From an uncultured delta proteobacterium (GTDB lineage: Bacteria; Desulfobacterota; Syntrophobacteria; Syntrophobacterales; Syntrophobacteraceae): a stretch of 64,000 bases of DNA. Every line of letters starts with the position of its first letter. Positions within the stretch are counted from its first letter, which is position 1. This document shows, piece after piece, positions 18,512 to 28,729 of the stretch. The notes beneath the pieces were generated by a model. It ran no database searches, had not been told where the DNA came from, and worked only from the letters and a program-made list of their open reading frames with translations. The stretch spans positions 59,072 through 123,071 of the forward strand of contig CAVWTD010000018.1 in NCBI GenBank assembly GCA_963757915.1. The letters are read 5' to 3'. The translations under genes and the position numbers were made by a program.

Positions 18512-18820
18512 CCTTGTATGATTCATTTATATAACACCTTACTCGAAAAAAAATGTGCCTCACAGAACAAGAGCAGACCGTACGCGCAGCCATGCAGAAC
18601 GTACAGACATTAAACGTGGTGCGTTTGAAGGCAAGCCAAATGTTAAGCGCATCAGAAAGTCAAGTGAATTTGGTGTCAAGATCTCGCTTCGCGGGGCTTC
18701 GCCCTGCTTCACTTTGTGAAGTGGGCTTGCCCGGCCTCCCTTAGTGACGTGCGAACGCGTAGCGCGAAGGCCGACCGCACGAGAGGACTATCCTACGCGC
18801 AGGGCGGGAGCGGGAGGCCT
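18512..18820. repeat. Intergenic repeat family R1, long copy 1
   Basis: About 300 bp, highly similar to 26660..26980. It starts CCT(T/C)GTATGAT...TTATATAA and ends GGGCGGGAGCGGGAGGCCT. Confidence 0.85.
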
Positions 18821-18822
18821 TG

Positions 18823-19644
18823 TCACTCTTCACCCCATGCTTGCCGGCTTCGTGCGATTTTTTTCTTCACCCCAGCCCAGGTATCGGTCAACAGAAAAGA
18901 TTTCTCCCATCTTTCAAGGAAAAGAAGATACATTTCATAGGGAACGGAAAAGGTCATCTCGTCGGTTTTCATGAACTTCCTGTCCGATGGGTCCCAGCTG
19001 CCGATAACGGCCTTCATCCTGCCCTGTTTCAGGTAGTGCAGGGGCCATGTGACAATGTAGCTGCACCCAGCGCCAAACGGTGAGGTAACTACTTCGAAAT
19101 CCTCGGTAACGAACGTGGCAAGCGTGCATAAACCGGCCATCGTCTCACCCCTGGCAAAGAAAGTGACAATTTCCGGCGATTCATTCTCTTTGAACTGGCT
19201 GAGCGGTTTGAATACGCAGAACCTGGCGGGGGCCGGCCGCGGTGACAGTTCATTGAAAAACCGCTGTGTCACCTCAGGTGAGGGAAGGTACCGTTCACCA
19301 TTCAGGTGGCCTGGTATGCCGGTTGAGACATAATGGGCAATGAATTGGAGCTGTGGCTTGTGGAAGCCGAGGTAGAATGAACCACCTATGCATCCGAAGC
19401 GCCTGGCTTCGAAATAGGCAGCGGACTTTTTCTTTCGGGCAAGCCATATATTTCCCATTACGCACGACCAGTTCGCAAACAGCGCAGAAAAGTCGACCTC
19501 GCCCCGCTTCTCCATCTCATAGGAAAACGCGGCGCCCTCCTTTGGCACGAATCCGCTCTCAGGCTCCGTATCGGTATAGAACATGCCGAAAGGTTCCTCG
19601 GAGTACCCAAGGGCTTCCAAAAACGCACCCGGTTGCTCACTCAT
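18823..19644 (-). CDS. Hypothetical protein (possibly DUF169-like)
   Basis: A clean 273-aa ORF. The family assignment is only a weak impression from length and composition. Confidence 0.35.
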   Translation of the reverse strand: MSEQPGAFLEALGYSEEPFGMFYTDTEPESGFVPKEGAAFSYEMEKRGEVDFSALFANWSCVMGNIWLARKKKSAAYFEARRFGCIGGSFYLGFHKPQLQFIAHYVSTGIPGHLNGERYLPSPEVTQRFFNELSPRPAPARFCVFKPLSQFKENESPEIVTFFARGETMAGLCTLATFVTEDFEVVTSPFGAGCSYIVTWPLHYLKQGRMKAVIGSWDPSDRKFMKTDEMTFSVPYEMYLLFLERWEKSFLLTDTWAGVKKKIARSRQAWGEE

Positions 19645-19948
19645 ACAATCTCCTTGTTAATTCCTGCATGTGGTCAGCGTAATCGATAGCAGAGGATACC
19701 ACGGGTCCAGCCGCGCAGTGCTTTTAGTTTGATATTTTCCCAACCGAAAATCAGTTTACTTTCTCATCTACCACATCTGTGAGATGTTTTTAAAGCCCCT
19801 TGAGAGCGCGGCCGGCATGCAGTCGTCGTAAATGGTTTCGTGAAGACGAACGGTTCCTGGGAGAGTACCGCAGGGCCTGCGGCCAGTTTATGGAAGAGGC
19901 CTTGAGGCGGCTTCAGCAGCTTTGCAGTTTGGCGGTTGATACCTTGGT

Positions 19949-20207
19949 TAATACCAAGTTCAAGAAAGTATCAAGTGATGTTTTTCAAAAGCGCGGGGAG
20001 CTACGCCCCCCACACCCCCTCGCCGCTACGCGGCTCACGATCTCGACGCTCCGCGAGGCGGGCCTGCGGCTAGCCGCAGTCGATCTCCAGGCTCCGCCAG
20101 GCGCACACGCGCTTGCGCGTGTGCGCCGAAATCCTGGCGGGCGCGTGGGAAGCTTTCCCCCGCTCAGTTTCGGGTTATTAGGGGATCTATGAACGCAACT
20201 TGGTATA
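19949..20207. mobile_element. MITE-like repeat with terminal inverted repeats, copy B
   Basis: It has the same TIRs (TAATACCAAGTT / AACTTGGTATA) and the same conserved core as 15811..16129. Confidence 0.6.
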
Positions 20208-20564
20208 AGGTTATGGGGACCGGTGAAACAACTGCGGCAAACCGTGTTACGGCTGTAAGGGCAACTATTGAAAAAAGAATCGCGGAACTGGAAATCCGGA
20301 CCGAGACTGAGGCAGGGGGAGACAAACCCTTTGCTGAACTTCACCGGCAAGCTCGAAAACGGGCCGGCAGGGAAGAACCGGTTTCTGAGATCCGGATAAG
20401 GCGCAAATGCTCGATGACCCATCAACGGGCAATTCCATCGACAGATTCACGGGGTTCGTGAGCGGGCAAGGGCTTCCCGGCTCTCAGGGCCGCCCGCCCG
20501 CCTCTCCGTGTCTCCTCCTCTACGCTTCGGTCTCTACCTCCCCGCCGCCCCGCCTCGCGAACGG

Positions 20565-21848
20565 TTATTTTCTTTCCAGAGTGAGGGCGAAACCCATCCC
20601 CCCGCCGATACATAGAGTGGCCAAACCCTTGCGGGCATTTCTGCGGTTCATTTCCATCGCCAGGGCGTAAGTGATTCGTGCCCCGGTGCACCCGATGGGA
20701 TGCCCTATGGAAATCCCGCCGCCATTGACATTGACCTTTGTCCAATCCATCTTCAATTCCCGCATGCAGGCCAGGGCCTGAGATGCAAAGGCCTCATTCA
20801 GTTCGACAAGGTCAACCTGGTCCATGGTCCATCCCGCCTTTTTCAGAGCGAGCCGGGTGGCGGGAATCACCCCGCAGCCCATGTAGGCCGGATCAATGGC
20901 GCCTGCCGCATACGACTTTATATAGGCCAGAGGCTTTAGCCCCAGTTCATCGGCTTTGTCCTTGGACATTACCAGGACCGCAGCGGCTGCATCGTTGACA
21001 CCCGAGGCGTTGGCCGCCGTGACGCCGCCGTCTTTTTTGAAAAACGGCTTCAGTTTGGCCATTTTCTCCATGGTTGTATCCATCGGGCGCTCGTCGACTT
21101 CGAACACGAGCGGATCACCTTTGGGCCTTGGCACCGTGATTGGGATGATTTCGTCCCTGAGTACGCCGGAAGCAATTGCCGCTCTGGCGCGCTGATGGCT
21201 GTCAAAAGCCAGTTTGTCCTGGTCTTCGCGGCTGATACCGTATTTCTCGGAGATGTTTTCAGCGGTCACCCCCATGTGATAACCGTAATAAAGCTCCCAC
21301 AATCCATCATGGACCATAAGGTCTACGGCCTCTACATTGAACATGCGGGCGCCCGCGCGCAGGTTCGGCATGGCGTAGGGAATCTGGCTCATGCTTTCCA
21401 TCCCGCCGGCCACTATGACTTCGGCATCACCGGCTGCTATTGACTGAGCAGCCAGGGCAACGGCTTTTATTCCGGAAGCACAGACTTTGTTGACGGTAAA
21501 AGCCGGGGTCTCCTTCGGCATACCGGCATAAATGGTGGCCTGACGGGCCGGATTCTGTCCCTGCCCGGCCTGGACCACATTGCCCATTATGACCTCATCG
21601 ACCGCGATTTGGCGATGTGAATCATCCCATTGGCGGTATTTCTGCTCCAACTCGATCAGACCAGTTCCTTTCAACTTGTCAGGCGCAAAGGAAACCATAT
21701 CTTGAGTAGCCATGGGTCTCAGGCCGGCACGTTTCAAACTCTCCCGAATGCAAATCGCTCCGAGCTGGGCAGCGGGGATGTCCTTCAGGGACCCCATGAA
21801 ATTTCCGACCGCAGTTCTCGCTCCACTTACGATGACCACTTCTCTCAT
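20565..21848 (-). CDS. Acetyl-CoA C-acetyltransferase (thiolase)
   Basis: VNKVCASG carries the active-site Cys, and NVNGGGISIGHPIGCTGARI lies near the C-terminus. Length is 427 aa. Confidence 0.9.
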   Translation of the reverse strand: MREVVIVSGARTAVGNFMGSLKDIPAAQLGAICIRESLKRAGLRPMATQDMVSFAPDKLKGTGLIELEQKYRQWDDSHRQIAVDEVIMGNVVQAGQGQNPARQATIYAGMPKETPAFTVNKVCASGIKAVALAAQSIAAGDAEVIVAGGMESMSQIPYAMPNLRAGARMFNVEAVDLMVHDGLWELYYGYHMGVTAENISEKYGISREDQDKLAFDSHQRARAAIASGVLRDEIIPITVPRPKGDPLVFEVDERPMDTTMEKMAKLKPFFKKDGGVTAANASGVNDAAAAVLVMSKDKADELGLKPLAYIKSYAAGAIDPAYMGCGVIPATRLALKKAGWTMDQVDLVELNEAFASQALACMRELKMDWTKVNVNGGGISIGHPIGCTGARITYALAMEMNRRNARKGLATLCIGGGMGFALTLERK

Positions 21849-22061
21849 GACTTCTCCTTTAGTTTTTGGAAAGATTCAGCAAGATCAGCACTCGCAGCAA
21901 GGTGAATGAGTGTCTGTCATGAAACCATAAGGGATTGAGAGGTTATTCTACCAAAAGACGCGTCATATTACAACCGGATCGGCACCGGGCAAATTTCAAA
22001 CCCGGTCGGCACGGGGGTCTTACAGGAGGCGTCGAAGATTGAGCCTGGCCGCTTGGCTTAG

Positions 22062-22238
22062 CAGGGTGATGAAAAAGGGTTCTCTGGTGGGAGAAACGCC
22101 GGAAAATTGCTAATGATTTCGTCATTCCGGCGGGGCCTGCCCCGGAAGTGTCTAGTCCGGGGGCCGGAATCCAGGCTTTCCCACAACTAATTGATTTCAA
22201 AGCAAAAGACACTGGACCCCGGCCTTCGCCGGGGTGAC
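22062..22238. repeat. Palindromic repeat family B (GTCATTCCGGCG..GCCGGAATCCAG / GGACCCCGGCCTTCGCCGGGGTGACG)
   Basis: Shares the flank CAGGGTGA.GAAAAAGGGTTCTCTGGTGGGAGAAA and both hairpins with 30361..30538. Confidence 0.85.
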
Positions 22239-22380
22239 GGCCGCATGGGGTTTTTTCTGTAAAGTGGGAATTTCAATCCTTTTTCAGCACCTTGTTAGAC
22301 AGGATTTTAATGTGCATCAGGGGTTTTCAAAATTTGGAGAATAATGTATGGTCCCGCAACTACGCAAACAGGAGCATACA

Positions 22381-23385
22381 ATGACCATTTTCGTTTCCGG
22401 CTCCCTGGCTTATGACCGCATCATGGATTTTCCAGGCCGTTTTGCCGATCACATTCTGCCCGACAAAATTCACGTGCTGAACGTGTGCTTCAACATAAAC
22501 AGCCTGATCGAAAAATTCGGAGGGACGGCTGGAAACATTGCGTACAGTCTGGCCCTTCTCGGGGAGTCCCCCTTCATAGTGGCTACCTCAGGGGAGGATT
22601 TCTCCCGGTATGAACAATGGCTGGCTCAAAATAATTTGCCGACAGCCTACATAAAGGCGATCCCGGGCATCTATACCGCCGGCGCATACATTACGACCGA
22701 CCTGGATGATAATCAGATAACTGCCTTCAATCCAGGCGCAATGGCCTTCGAGGCGGATCTTCCATCGTTCAACGGTTCGGATATGGTGTTCATAGGGCCG
22801 GGCAACAAGATGGACATGATGAATCTGGCACAAAGAGCCAGGCTTGCCAATGCGCCCTTTTTCTTCGACCCCGGGCAAAGCCTGAATATCTGGAAAGGCG
22901 ATGAACTGCGGGAAGTTGTTTCAGGGGCGCTCTGCTTCATCTCAAATGATTATGAACTCTCGCTTTTTCTCCGGATGACCGGCTGGGAAATGGAGAATCT
23001 CTATAATGCAGTAAAGGTGGTGATCACCACAAAAGGATCCGAAGGGGCTGCGATCGATATCAGAGGCGACAAGTTGCTTATCCCTGCTGTCCCTGTCCGC
23101 AAGGTTCTAGATCCGACAGGAGCGGGTGACGCTTTTCGAGCGGGGGTGCTCAAGGGCATAGCCATGAATCTACCATGGAATACCGCATGCCGGATGGGTG
23201 CTGCCGTAGCGTCATTTTCCCTCGAACATTACGGAACTCAGGAGCACAGGTTTAGTTGGGAGGAATTTTGCGAGAGGTACAGCAGCGCCTATGGCCCCCT
23301 GACCTGCTCAGTTACTCCGCCAGGCCGACACGACAAAGACAGGATTGAGCGCCTCGAGCCTCAGGTCTTTCCCGGCAGGAACTGA
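22381..23385 (+). CDS. PfkB-family carbohydrate/nucleoside kinase
   Basis: The protein has FGGTAGNIAY and the C-terminal DPTGAGDAFRAG motif. AGGAG precedes the ATG at 22381. The 3' end overlaps the convergent cbiET gene. Confidence 0.8.
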   Translation: MTIFVSGSLAYDRIMDFPGRFADHILPDKIHVLNVCFNINSLIEKFGGTAGNIAYSLALLGESPFIVATSGEDFSRYEQWLAQNNLPTAYIKAIPGIYTAGAYITTDLDDNQITAFNPGAMAFEADLPSFNGSDMVFIGPGNKMDMMNLAQRARLANAPFFFDPGQSLNIWKGDELREVVSGALCFISNDYELSLFLRMTGWEMENLYNAVKVVITTKGSEGAAIDIRGDKLLIPAVPVRKVLDPTGAGDAFRAGVLKGIAMNLPWNTACRMGAAVASFSLEHYGTQEHRFSWEEFCERYSSAYGPLTCSVTPPGRHDKDRIERLEPQVFPGRN

Positions 23386-24561
23386 GCGGCTCACCTGGAG
23401 TTGAACGATAGATACCTTGAAACCCCTGTCCTTCCAGAAGGCGCTCACCTTTTCGAGCGTCTGAAGCAGGACTACCGTCTGCACCACTCTGCCATCCGGA
23501 AGGAGCCTCCGGGCCACGGCTTCAAGGATAGCGTCGAGATCATTGCCGCTTCCTCCGATGAAGACCCGATCGGGGTCGGGAAATGCGCCGATCGCCTCGG
23601 AGGCCCTTGCACACACGGCTTCCACCTTTGATGCACCGAACTTCTCCAGATTTTGAAGGAGTTTGAAATACCTGGCTGGGTTTTTTTCGACCGCCAGGAC
23701 CTGTTTCAGGCGTGCTATCCTGGCGGCTTCCACGGAGACCGAGCCTGTGGCCGCGCCGAGGTCCCAAAGGACCTGCCCCTGCCCGAGCTGAAGTGAAGCA
23801 AGGACCACCGCTCTCACTTCCATCTTTGTAATCATCCCGGCTTGCCGTTCGAACGCCTCCTCGTCAAACCCGAAAATCCGTCCGGAGTTGGTCCGCTTAT
23901 CAGTTTTGACGGCAGGTTGGATAAGAATGACGTTCAAGGGCGAAAACTCCGTTTCTGCGGCATCCGAAGGCGAAAATGACCCTACTCTCTCGGATGGGGT
24001 CCCCAGGTTTTCCCCGATGATGAGCTTGCATTCGGATTGGCCTGATTTGATCAATTCGCGTGCGATCCATTGCGGCTTATGCTCAGGGTCGGTAATGACG
24101 GCGGCCTTCCGGCCTCTGTCAAGGATATCGAGGAGGCTCCCAATGCCGGTCCCGCCCTTGAGGCCGTGAAAGCTCACGGCCTCAATTGAATCCCAGCTTT
24201 CGCAGACCCTGGCACACAAGGTCTGAACGCTGGTGACATTGGGAATTACCACGAGGCGGTCCCTGCCAAATCTGTCCGCCAATGTCCTCCCAATACCGAA
24301 GAACAAAGGATCGCCGGAGCAAAGGACGGCTGTGCGCTTTGTTTTTGAAATCCTGCCGATTTCTTCCAGGCTCTCAGAGAGAGGGGACTTGAGCGAAAGT
24401 TTTTCCCCGGCATGGTCCGGGAAGAACTCAAGATGCCTGCCGCTGCCGGCCAAAATTTGTGCCTCACCGATCCACTCGAGGACCAAGGTCCCCAGACATT
24501 GCGGACCGCTGCCCATTCCAATTGCGGCAATCACCGGCGGCTTCCACTCACTTGGTTTCAA
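23308..24561 (-). CDS. cbiET: Bifunctional precorrin-6Y/cobalt-precorrin-7 (C5,C15)-methyltransferase, decarboxylating (CbiE-CbiT fusion)
   Basis: The N-terminal half is tetrapyrrole-methylase-like (VLCSGDPLFFGIG). The C-terminal half is a class I methyltransferase (VLWDLGAATGSVSVEAA). Confidence 0.85.
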   Translation of the reverse strand: MKPSEWKPPVIAAIGMGSGPQCLGTLVLEWIGEAQILAGSGRHLEFFPDHAGEKLSLKSPLSESLEEIGRISKTKRTAVLCSGDPLFFGIGRTLADRFGRDRLVVIPNVTSVQTLCARVCESWDSIEAVSFHGLKGGTGIGSLLDILDRGRKAAVITDPEHKPQWIARELIKSGQSECKLIIGENLGTPSERVGSFSPSDAAETEFSPLNVILIQPAVKTDKRTNSGRIFGFDEEAFERQAGMITKMEVRAVVLASLQLGQGQVLWDLGAATGSVSVEAARIARLKQVLAVEKNPARYFKLLQNLEKFGASKVEAVCARASEAIGAFPDPDRVFIGGSGNDLDAILEAVARRLLPDGRVVQTVVLLQTLEKVSAFWKDRGFKVSIVQLQVSRSVPAGKDLRLEALNPVFVVSAWRSN

Positions 24562-24629
24562 AACGTTAGAACTCCACGCTTAGCGAGGTGGGCCAAGCCC
24601 GCGGTCGAAAAAGCCCGTATTGATCGCAT

Positions 24630-25908
24630 TCATTTTACATCAGCAAGCAGGCGGCCGTTGTAATCGAAAAGAAACAGCCTGATCCAGGCGCCCTCGCCTG
24701 CAAGCCGCGCCGACTGTAGAGCGGCCCTTTGGGCAACTGATTCCAGGACATCGTATGACCCCTTGGCTGCAATAATCTCCAGAGCATGCCGCGCGGTATT
24801 TGCCGAAGCCAACTCCCGGCAGTGAGCGGCATCATGACCCAAGGTATGAGCTATCCCGGCCAGGAAGTCAAGATCGAGCGGCACTGAATGAGCGTGGGTA
24901 TAAGGATGTCCCTGGGCCATCTTAATGGCTTTACCAAAAAAAACGCTGTGAATTATACGGGAAAAACCGTAGAGTCGCGCCTTCCTGACGGCAAAAGAAA
25001 AAAAATCGGCGATTTGGACGAAAGCCTCGGGGGGGAGTTCCGGAAGAAGGCCCATGGCGAATCGCTCGCTTTTTCCGCCGGTGCTCAGGACCATCGCGCC
25101 GCAATCGTTCGAGGCGGCGACAGAAATAGCAGCCTGGATGGTCTGCTCGTAGGCTTCATTAGAGAATGGTTTGACGAGGCCGGTAGTGCCGAGAATGGAG
25201 ATTCCACCAAGAATGCCCAGGCGGGGATTGAGTGTGTACCTGGAAAGTTCTTCGCCCCTGGGGACTTCGATTTCAACAATGACCGAGAAATCGTTCGCCC
25301 GTTTGAAAGCCTCCACCGGCCCGGTTTTAGCATAAAGCGGCAGGTGCAGGGCAGGCTTATCTGTCAGGGCGCTCCGGCTTGCTGAAACGGCCGGATCGGC
25401 GCAATTCAAAAACAGCGGTTCGAGATCGGAATTTTCCGACCGCATGAGTTCAAGAGTAATGTTTTCGGAGAGCATTTGCCTGGGTACCGGATTTATGGCC
25501 GGTTCACCCGGAGCTACAGGAAGGCCGGGCTTTGTAACCAGGCCGACCCCCTTGCCTGCGACCAGCAAAATTGCCGGCCGGTTACGCTCTGCCTGACCGG
25601 CTTGCTCAGGTCCATGGCGCAAAATACTGACCATTGCCCTGATCTCTGCTCCATTTGTAATATCGGGGTCGTCACCGCCGTCTTTTATAACCGAAGCGGA
25701 TGCAGTCCCGCCTTGCGTTCTGCTCCATGCCACGGGAACCGCAAGATAGACGCCCGAAGGCAGCCGGACGGCTACCGCATCGGCGCCGGTGCCGGTGATC
25801 AGGTGGCGAAGGGCAGCTTTGGCTGCTAGCCGCTGCAGCCGTTCCGGTGCTAAAACCGCAGCGGAGCCTGCCTCTTTTACTACCGGATCGAGACGGATTA
25901 CCGGGCAT
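24630..25908 (-). CDS. cbiD: Cobalt-precorrin-5B (C1)-methyltransferase CbiD, apparent frameshift near 25821-25835
   Basis: The main ORF has KDGGDDPDITNGAEI and GILGGISILGTTG. The expected N-terminus RLRCGFSTGTAAAA lies in a different frame from the following AKAALRHLITGTG. Confidence 0.85.
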
Positions 25909-25931
25909 TGATATCACAATGAGTGGCCCAT

Positions 25932-26618
25932 TCAGCTCGGCAATTCTTGTTCCCCAGCTTTAGCAAGTTCCAGAAGCGCGTGGATTATGGCTACGGCGAC
26001 CGCACTGCCGCCTTTTCTGCCCAGGACGGTTATCGAAGGTTGTTTTACAACATTTTGGAGAGCACTCTTCGACTCTTCGGCCTGCACGAACCCGACGGGG
26101 ACCCCTATCACCAGGCGCGGCCTAACCCCGTCTTCTTCAATCAGGCGGATTACTTCCAAAAGCGCCGTCGGTGCGTTTCCAACTGCGATTACAGCCCCAT
26201 CCAGACCCGAAGCGCAATTCCGGAACGCTGCAAGCGTGCGCGTCACCCCGGTCCTTTCGGCAAGCTCCCGGCTCTGCTGATTTTCAGCCGGACAAACCAC
26301 CTCATTGCCGTGCCATGCAAGACGCCAAGGGGAAAGCCCGGCCCGAATCATACGCGTGTCAGCGTAGATGCAAGCTCCATTTCTGAGCGCTTCGATTCCG
26401 CAGCGAACAGCGCCAGGCGAGAAACGAATCCTCTGTGCATAATCGAAATCGCCGGTCGTATGAATAACTCGACGAATTATTGGCCACTGATCTTGTGGGA
26501 AAGAGTGCCGGCCCATCTCTTCTTCGATGATGCGAAAACTCTCCCGTTCTATCTCCCGTCCGGCTTCGACCAAGCCGGGCCGGTCCTGCGCGCCATTTGG
26601 CGGAAATTGCAGTATCAC
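25932..26618 (-). CDS. cbiC: Precorrin-8X / cobalt-precorrin-8 methylmutase
   Basis: The protein has IRRVIHTTGDFDYA and AVIAVGNAPTAL. Length is 228 aa, and the gene lies immediately upstream of cbiD. Confidence 0.9.
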   Translation of the reverse strand: MILQFPPNGAQDRPGLVEAGREIERESFRIIEEEMGRHSFPQDQWPIIRRVIHTTGDFDYAQRIRFSPGAVRCGIEALRNGACIYADTRMIRAGLSPWRLAWHGNEVVCPAENQQSRELAERTGVTRTLAAFRNCASGLDGAVIAVGNAPTALLEVIRLIEEDGVRPRLVIGVPVGFVQAEESKSALQNVVKQPSITVLGRKGGSAVAVAIIHALLELAKAGEQELPS

Positions 26619-26659
26619 TTTATTTTCACCTCGATGTTATTTTCACCTCGATGTTACAT

Positions 26660-26980
26660 CCTCGTATGATGGACTTATATAATACCCTGCTCGAAAAAAA
26701 AAGCGCCTGACATCATAAGAGCGGCGACCTTGCGCGCAGCCATGCAAAACGCACAGACATTAAACGTGGTGCGTTTGAAGGCAAGCCAAACGTTAAGCGC
26801 ATCAGAAAGTAAAGTGAAAATGGTGTCAAGATCTCGCTTCGCGTGGGCTTCGCCCTACTTCACTTTGTGAAGTAGGCTTGCCCGGCCTCCCTTAGCGAGG
26901 TGCGAGCGCGTAGCGCGGAGGCCGACCGCTCATTCACGACAGTCCACCCACCCGCGAAACTGGGCGGGAGCGGGAGGCCT
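26660..26980. repeat. Intergenic repeat family R1, long copy 2
   Basis: Aligns along its whole length with 18512..18820. A 17-nt tandem duplication (ATTTTCACCTCGATGTT x2, 26622-26655) lies between it and the cbiC start. Confidence 0.85.
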
Positions 26981-27186
26981 CAAACAAAAAAATCCCTGAT
27001 CCCGCACGGACGGGAATTCAAGGACTGCACCCAGCTCAACTTGACTTCTTTTGTCAAGGAAATACCGCGTCCCCGGAATCAAAGAATCGAAATAAAGGGC
27101 GCCTGAAACCTTGCGATTTAAAAGAGCAACTAAATTTGCTATACCACAACCACTCGCACTTATATGCCGCGTTTGACCGGCACTCG

Positions 27187-27668
27187 TGCAGTGTTAACTA
27201 AGTTCCTATAGGTAAGGCGCCCCGCGAACGCCCCGTCTCTGGTCATAGACAGGTCATGGAAAGCGTCGAGAATGAGCGGGCGCCTTCCGCGCTTCGCGAA
27301 GTACATCGCTGAGGGGTGCCCGCAATCGATATGGCATTTTCTTGCTCAGTGTTGTTCATAAGTCTGTTTTACGAGGACCTTCAGCCCGTCATTCCGGCGA
27401 AAGCCGGAATCCAGCGTCTCTTCAGTTGGTTAAAAGCACTGGACCCCGGCCTTCGCCGGGGTGACGATTCCTTGCAACATGTAATAACTTTAGTGACGAT
27501 GTACTAGTGCAGCGTCAACTAAGTTCCGATAGGTAAGGACCTTCAGCCCGTCATTCCGGCGAAAGCCGGAATCCAGCGTCTCTTCAGTTGGTTAAAAGCA
27601 CTGGACCCCGGCCTTCGCCGGGGTGACGATTCCTTGCAACATGTAATAACTTTAGTGACGATGTACTA
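27187..27668. repeat. Composite repeat block: R1-short copy plus a 163-bp tandem duplication of a family B unit
   Basis: The R1-like segment (27231-27377) ends ...AAGTCTGTTTTACGAGG. The unit GGACCTTCAGCCCGTCATTCCGGCGAAAGCCGGAATCCAG...GTACTAG then occurs twice, starting at 27375 and 27538. Confidence 0.85.
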
Positions 27669-27746
27669 GCTTTTGTTTCTATACCATTTGGCTCCGGAGG
27701 TCAATCTTTATGCGCTCCGGGCCGAAATCATTTCGCCGAACAGGTC

Positions 27747-28617
27747 ATGATCAGCGTAATAATACCGACATTTAACCGGGCAAAACTCCTGGTGGAGGCT
27801 GTACGCTCCGTCGTCGATCAAAAGGATGTTCCCGAGGATGTCGAGATCATAGTGGTCGATGACGGCTCAACGGATAATACCAGAGAGGCGCTTGCAGCCC
27901 TGGCCGGAAAGATAGCCTATATCCGCCATCGAGCATTCGGGGGTCAGCAAGGCCCGAAACCTGGGCATCTCCAGGTCCAGTGGCGAATGGATCGCGTTTC
28001 TCGACTCGGACGATCTATGGCTCCCCGGCAAACTCCACGCGCAGATGAAGTTTTTTTCGGATCACCCCGAAACCTTTCTGTGCCAAACCGACGAGATCTG
28101 GATCCGAAACGGCAGGCGCCTCAATGCCCGAAAATATCATAGAAAACCGAGTGGATACTGCTTTCCGCTGTTACTCGAAAGATGCCTGGTGAGCCCTTCG
28201 GCTGTGGTAGTCCACCGCAAGGTTTTCGACATAGCCGGACTCTTTGACGAATCTCTGCCCGCCTGTGAAGACTACGATCTCTGGCTGAGGATCGGCTGCC
28301 GTTTTCCCATCGGGCTGGTCGAAAAACCTCTCATTGTCAAGCGTGGCGGTCATCCCGACCAACTCTCGGCGAACGTTGCGAACCTGGACAAATATCGTAT
28401 AGAGGCCATCGTCAAACTGATTCGCACAGCGCCGCTCAGTCCCGAACAGAGGCAAGCGGCTGAAAAAATACTCGAGGAAAAGCGCCGTATTTATACCGAT
28501 GGATGCCTCAAACGGGGAAATATCGCCGAGGCGCACAGGGTGAATTCGCTTGTGAGTGAGCAGTTGTTGAACGGAGGCCCGACTTTATGGCAGTACGGTC
28601 AATTGCAGCCTTCTTGA
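27747..28617 (+). CDS. Family 2 glycosyltransferase, apparent frameshift near 27928
   Basis: ISVIIPTFNRAKLL...VVDDGSTDNT lies in frame 1. EHSGVSKARNLGISRSSGEWIAFLDSDDLW continues in the frame of ORF 28045..28617. Confidence 0.8.
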
Positions 28618-28729
28618 CTTGTGATTTCATGCGATTATGGCAGAATCGTAACGGGATTATATTTGCCGGGGGAAAAGCAGCAGGGCTCGACCCCGACTGT
28701 CGTTTTTAATAGTGGACAATCAATAAGAA

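Noticed and set aside
17202-18521. 439-aa plus-strand ORF
   Set aside because: It is entirely antisense to the well-supported UbiB/ABC1 kinase gene and has no recognisable motifs.
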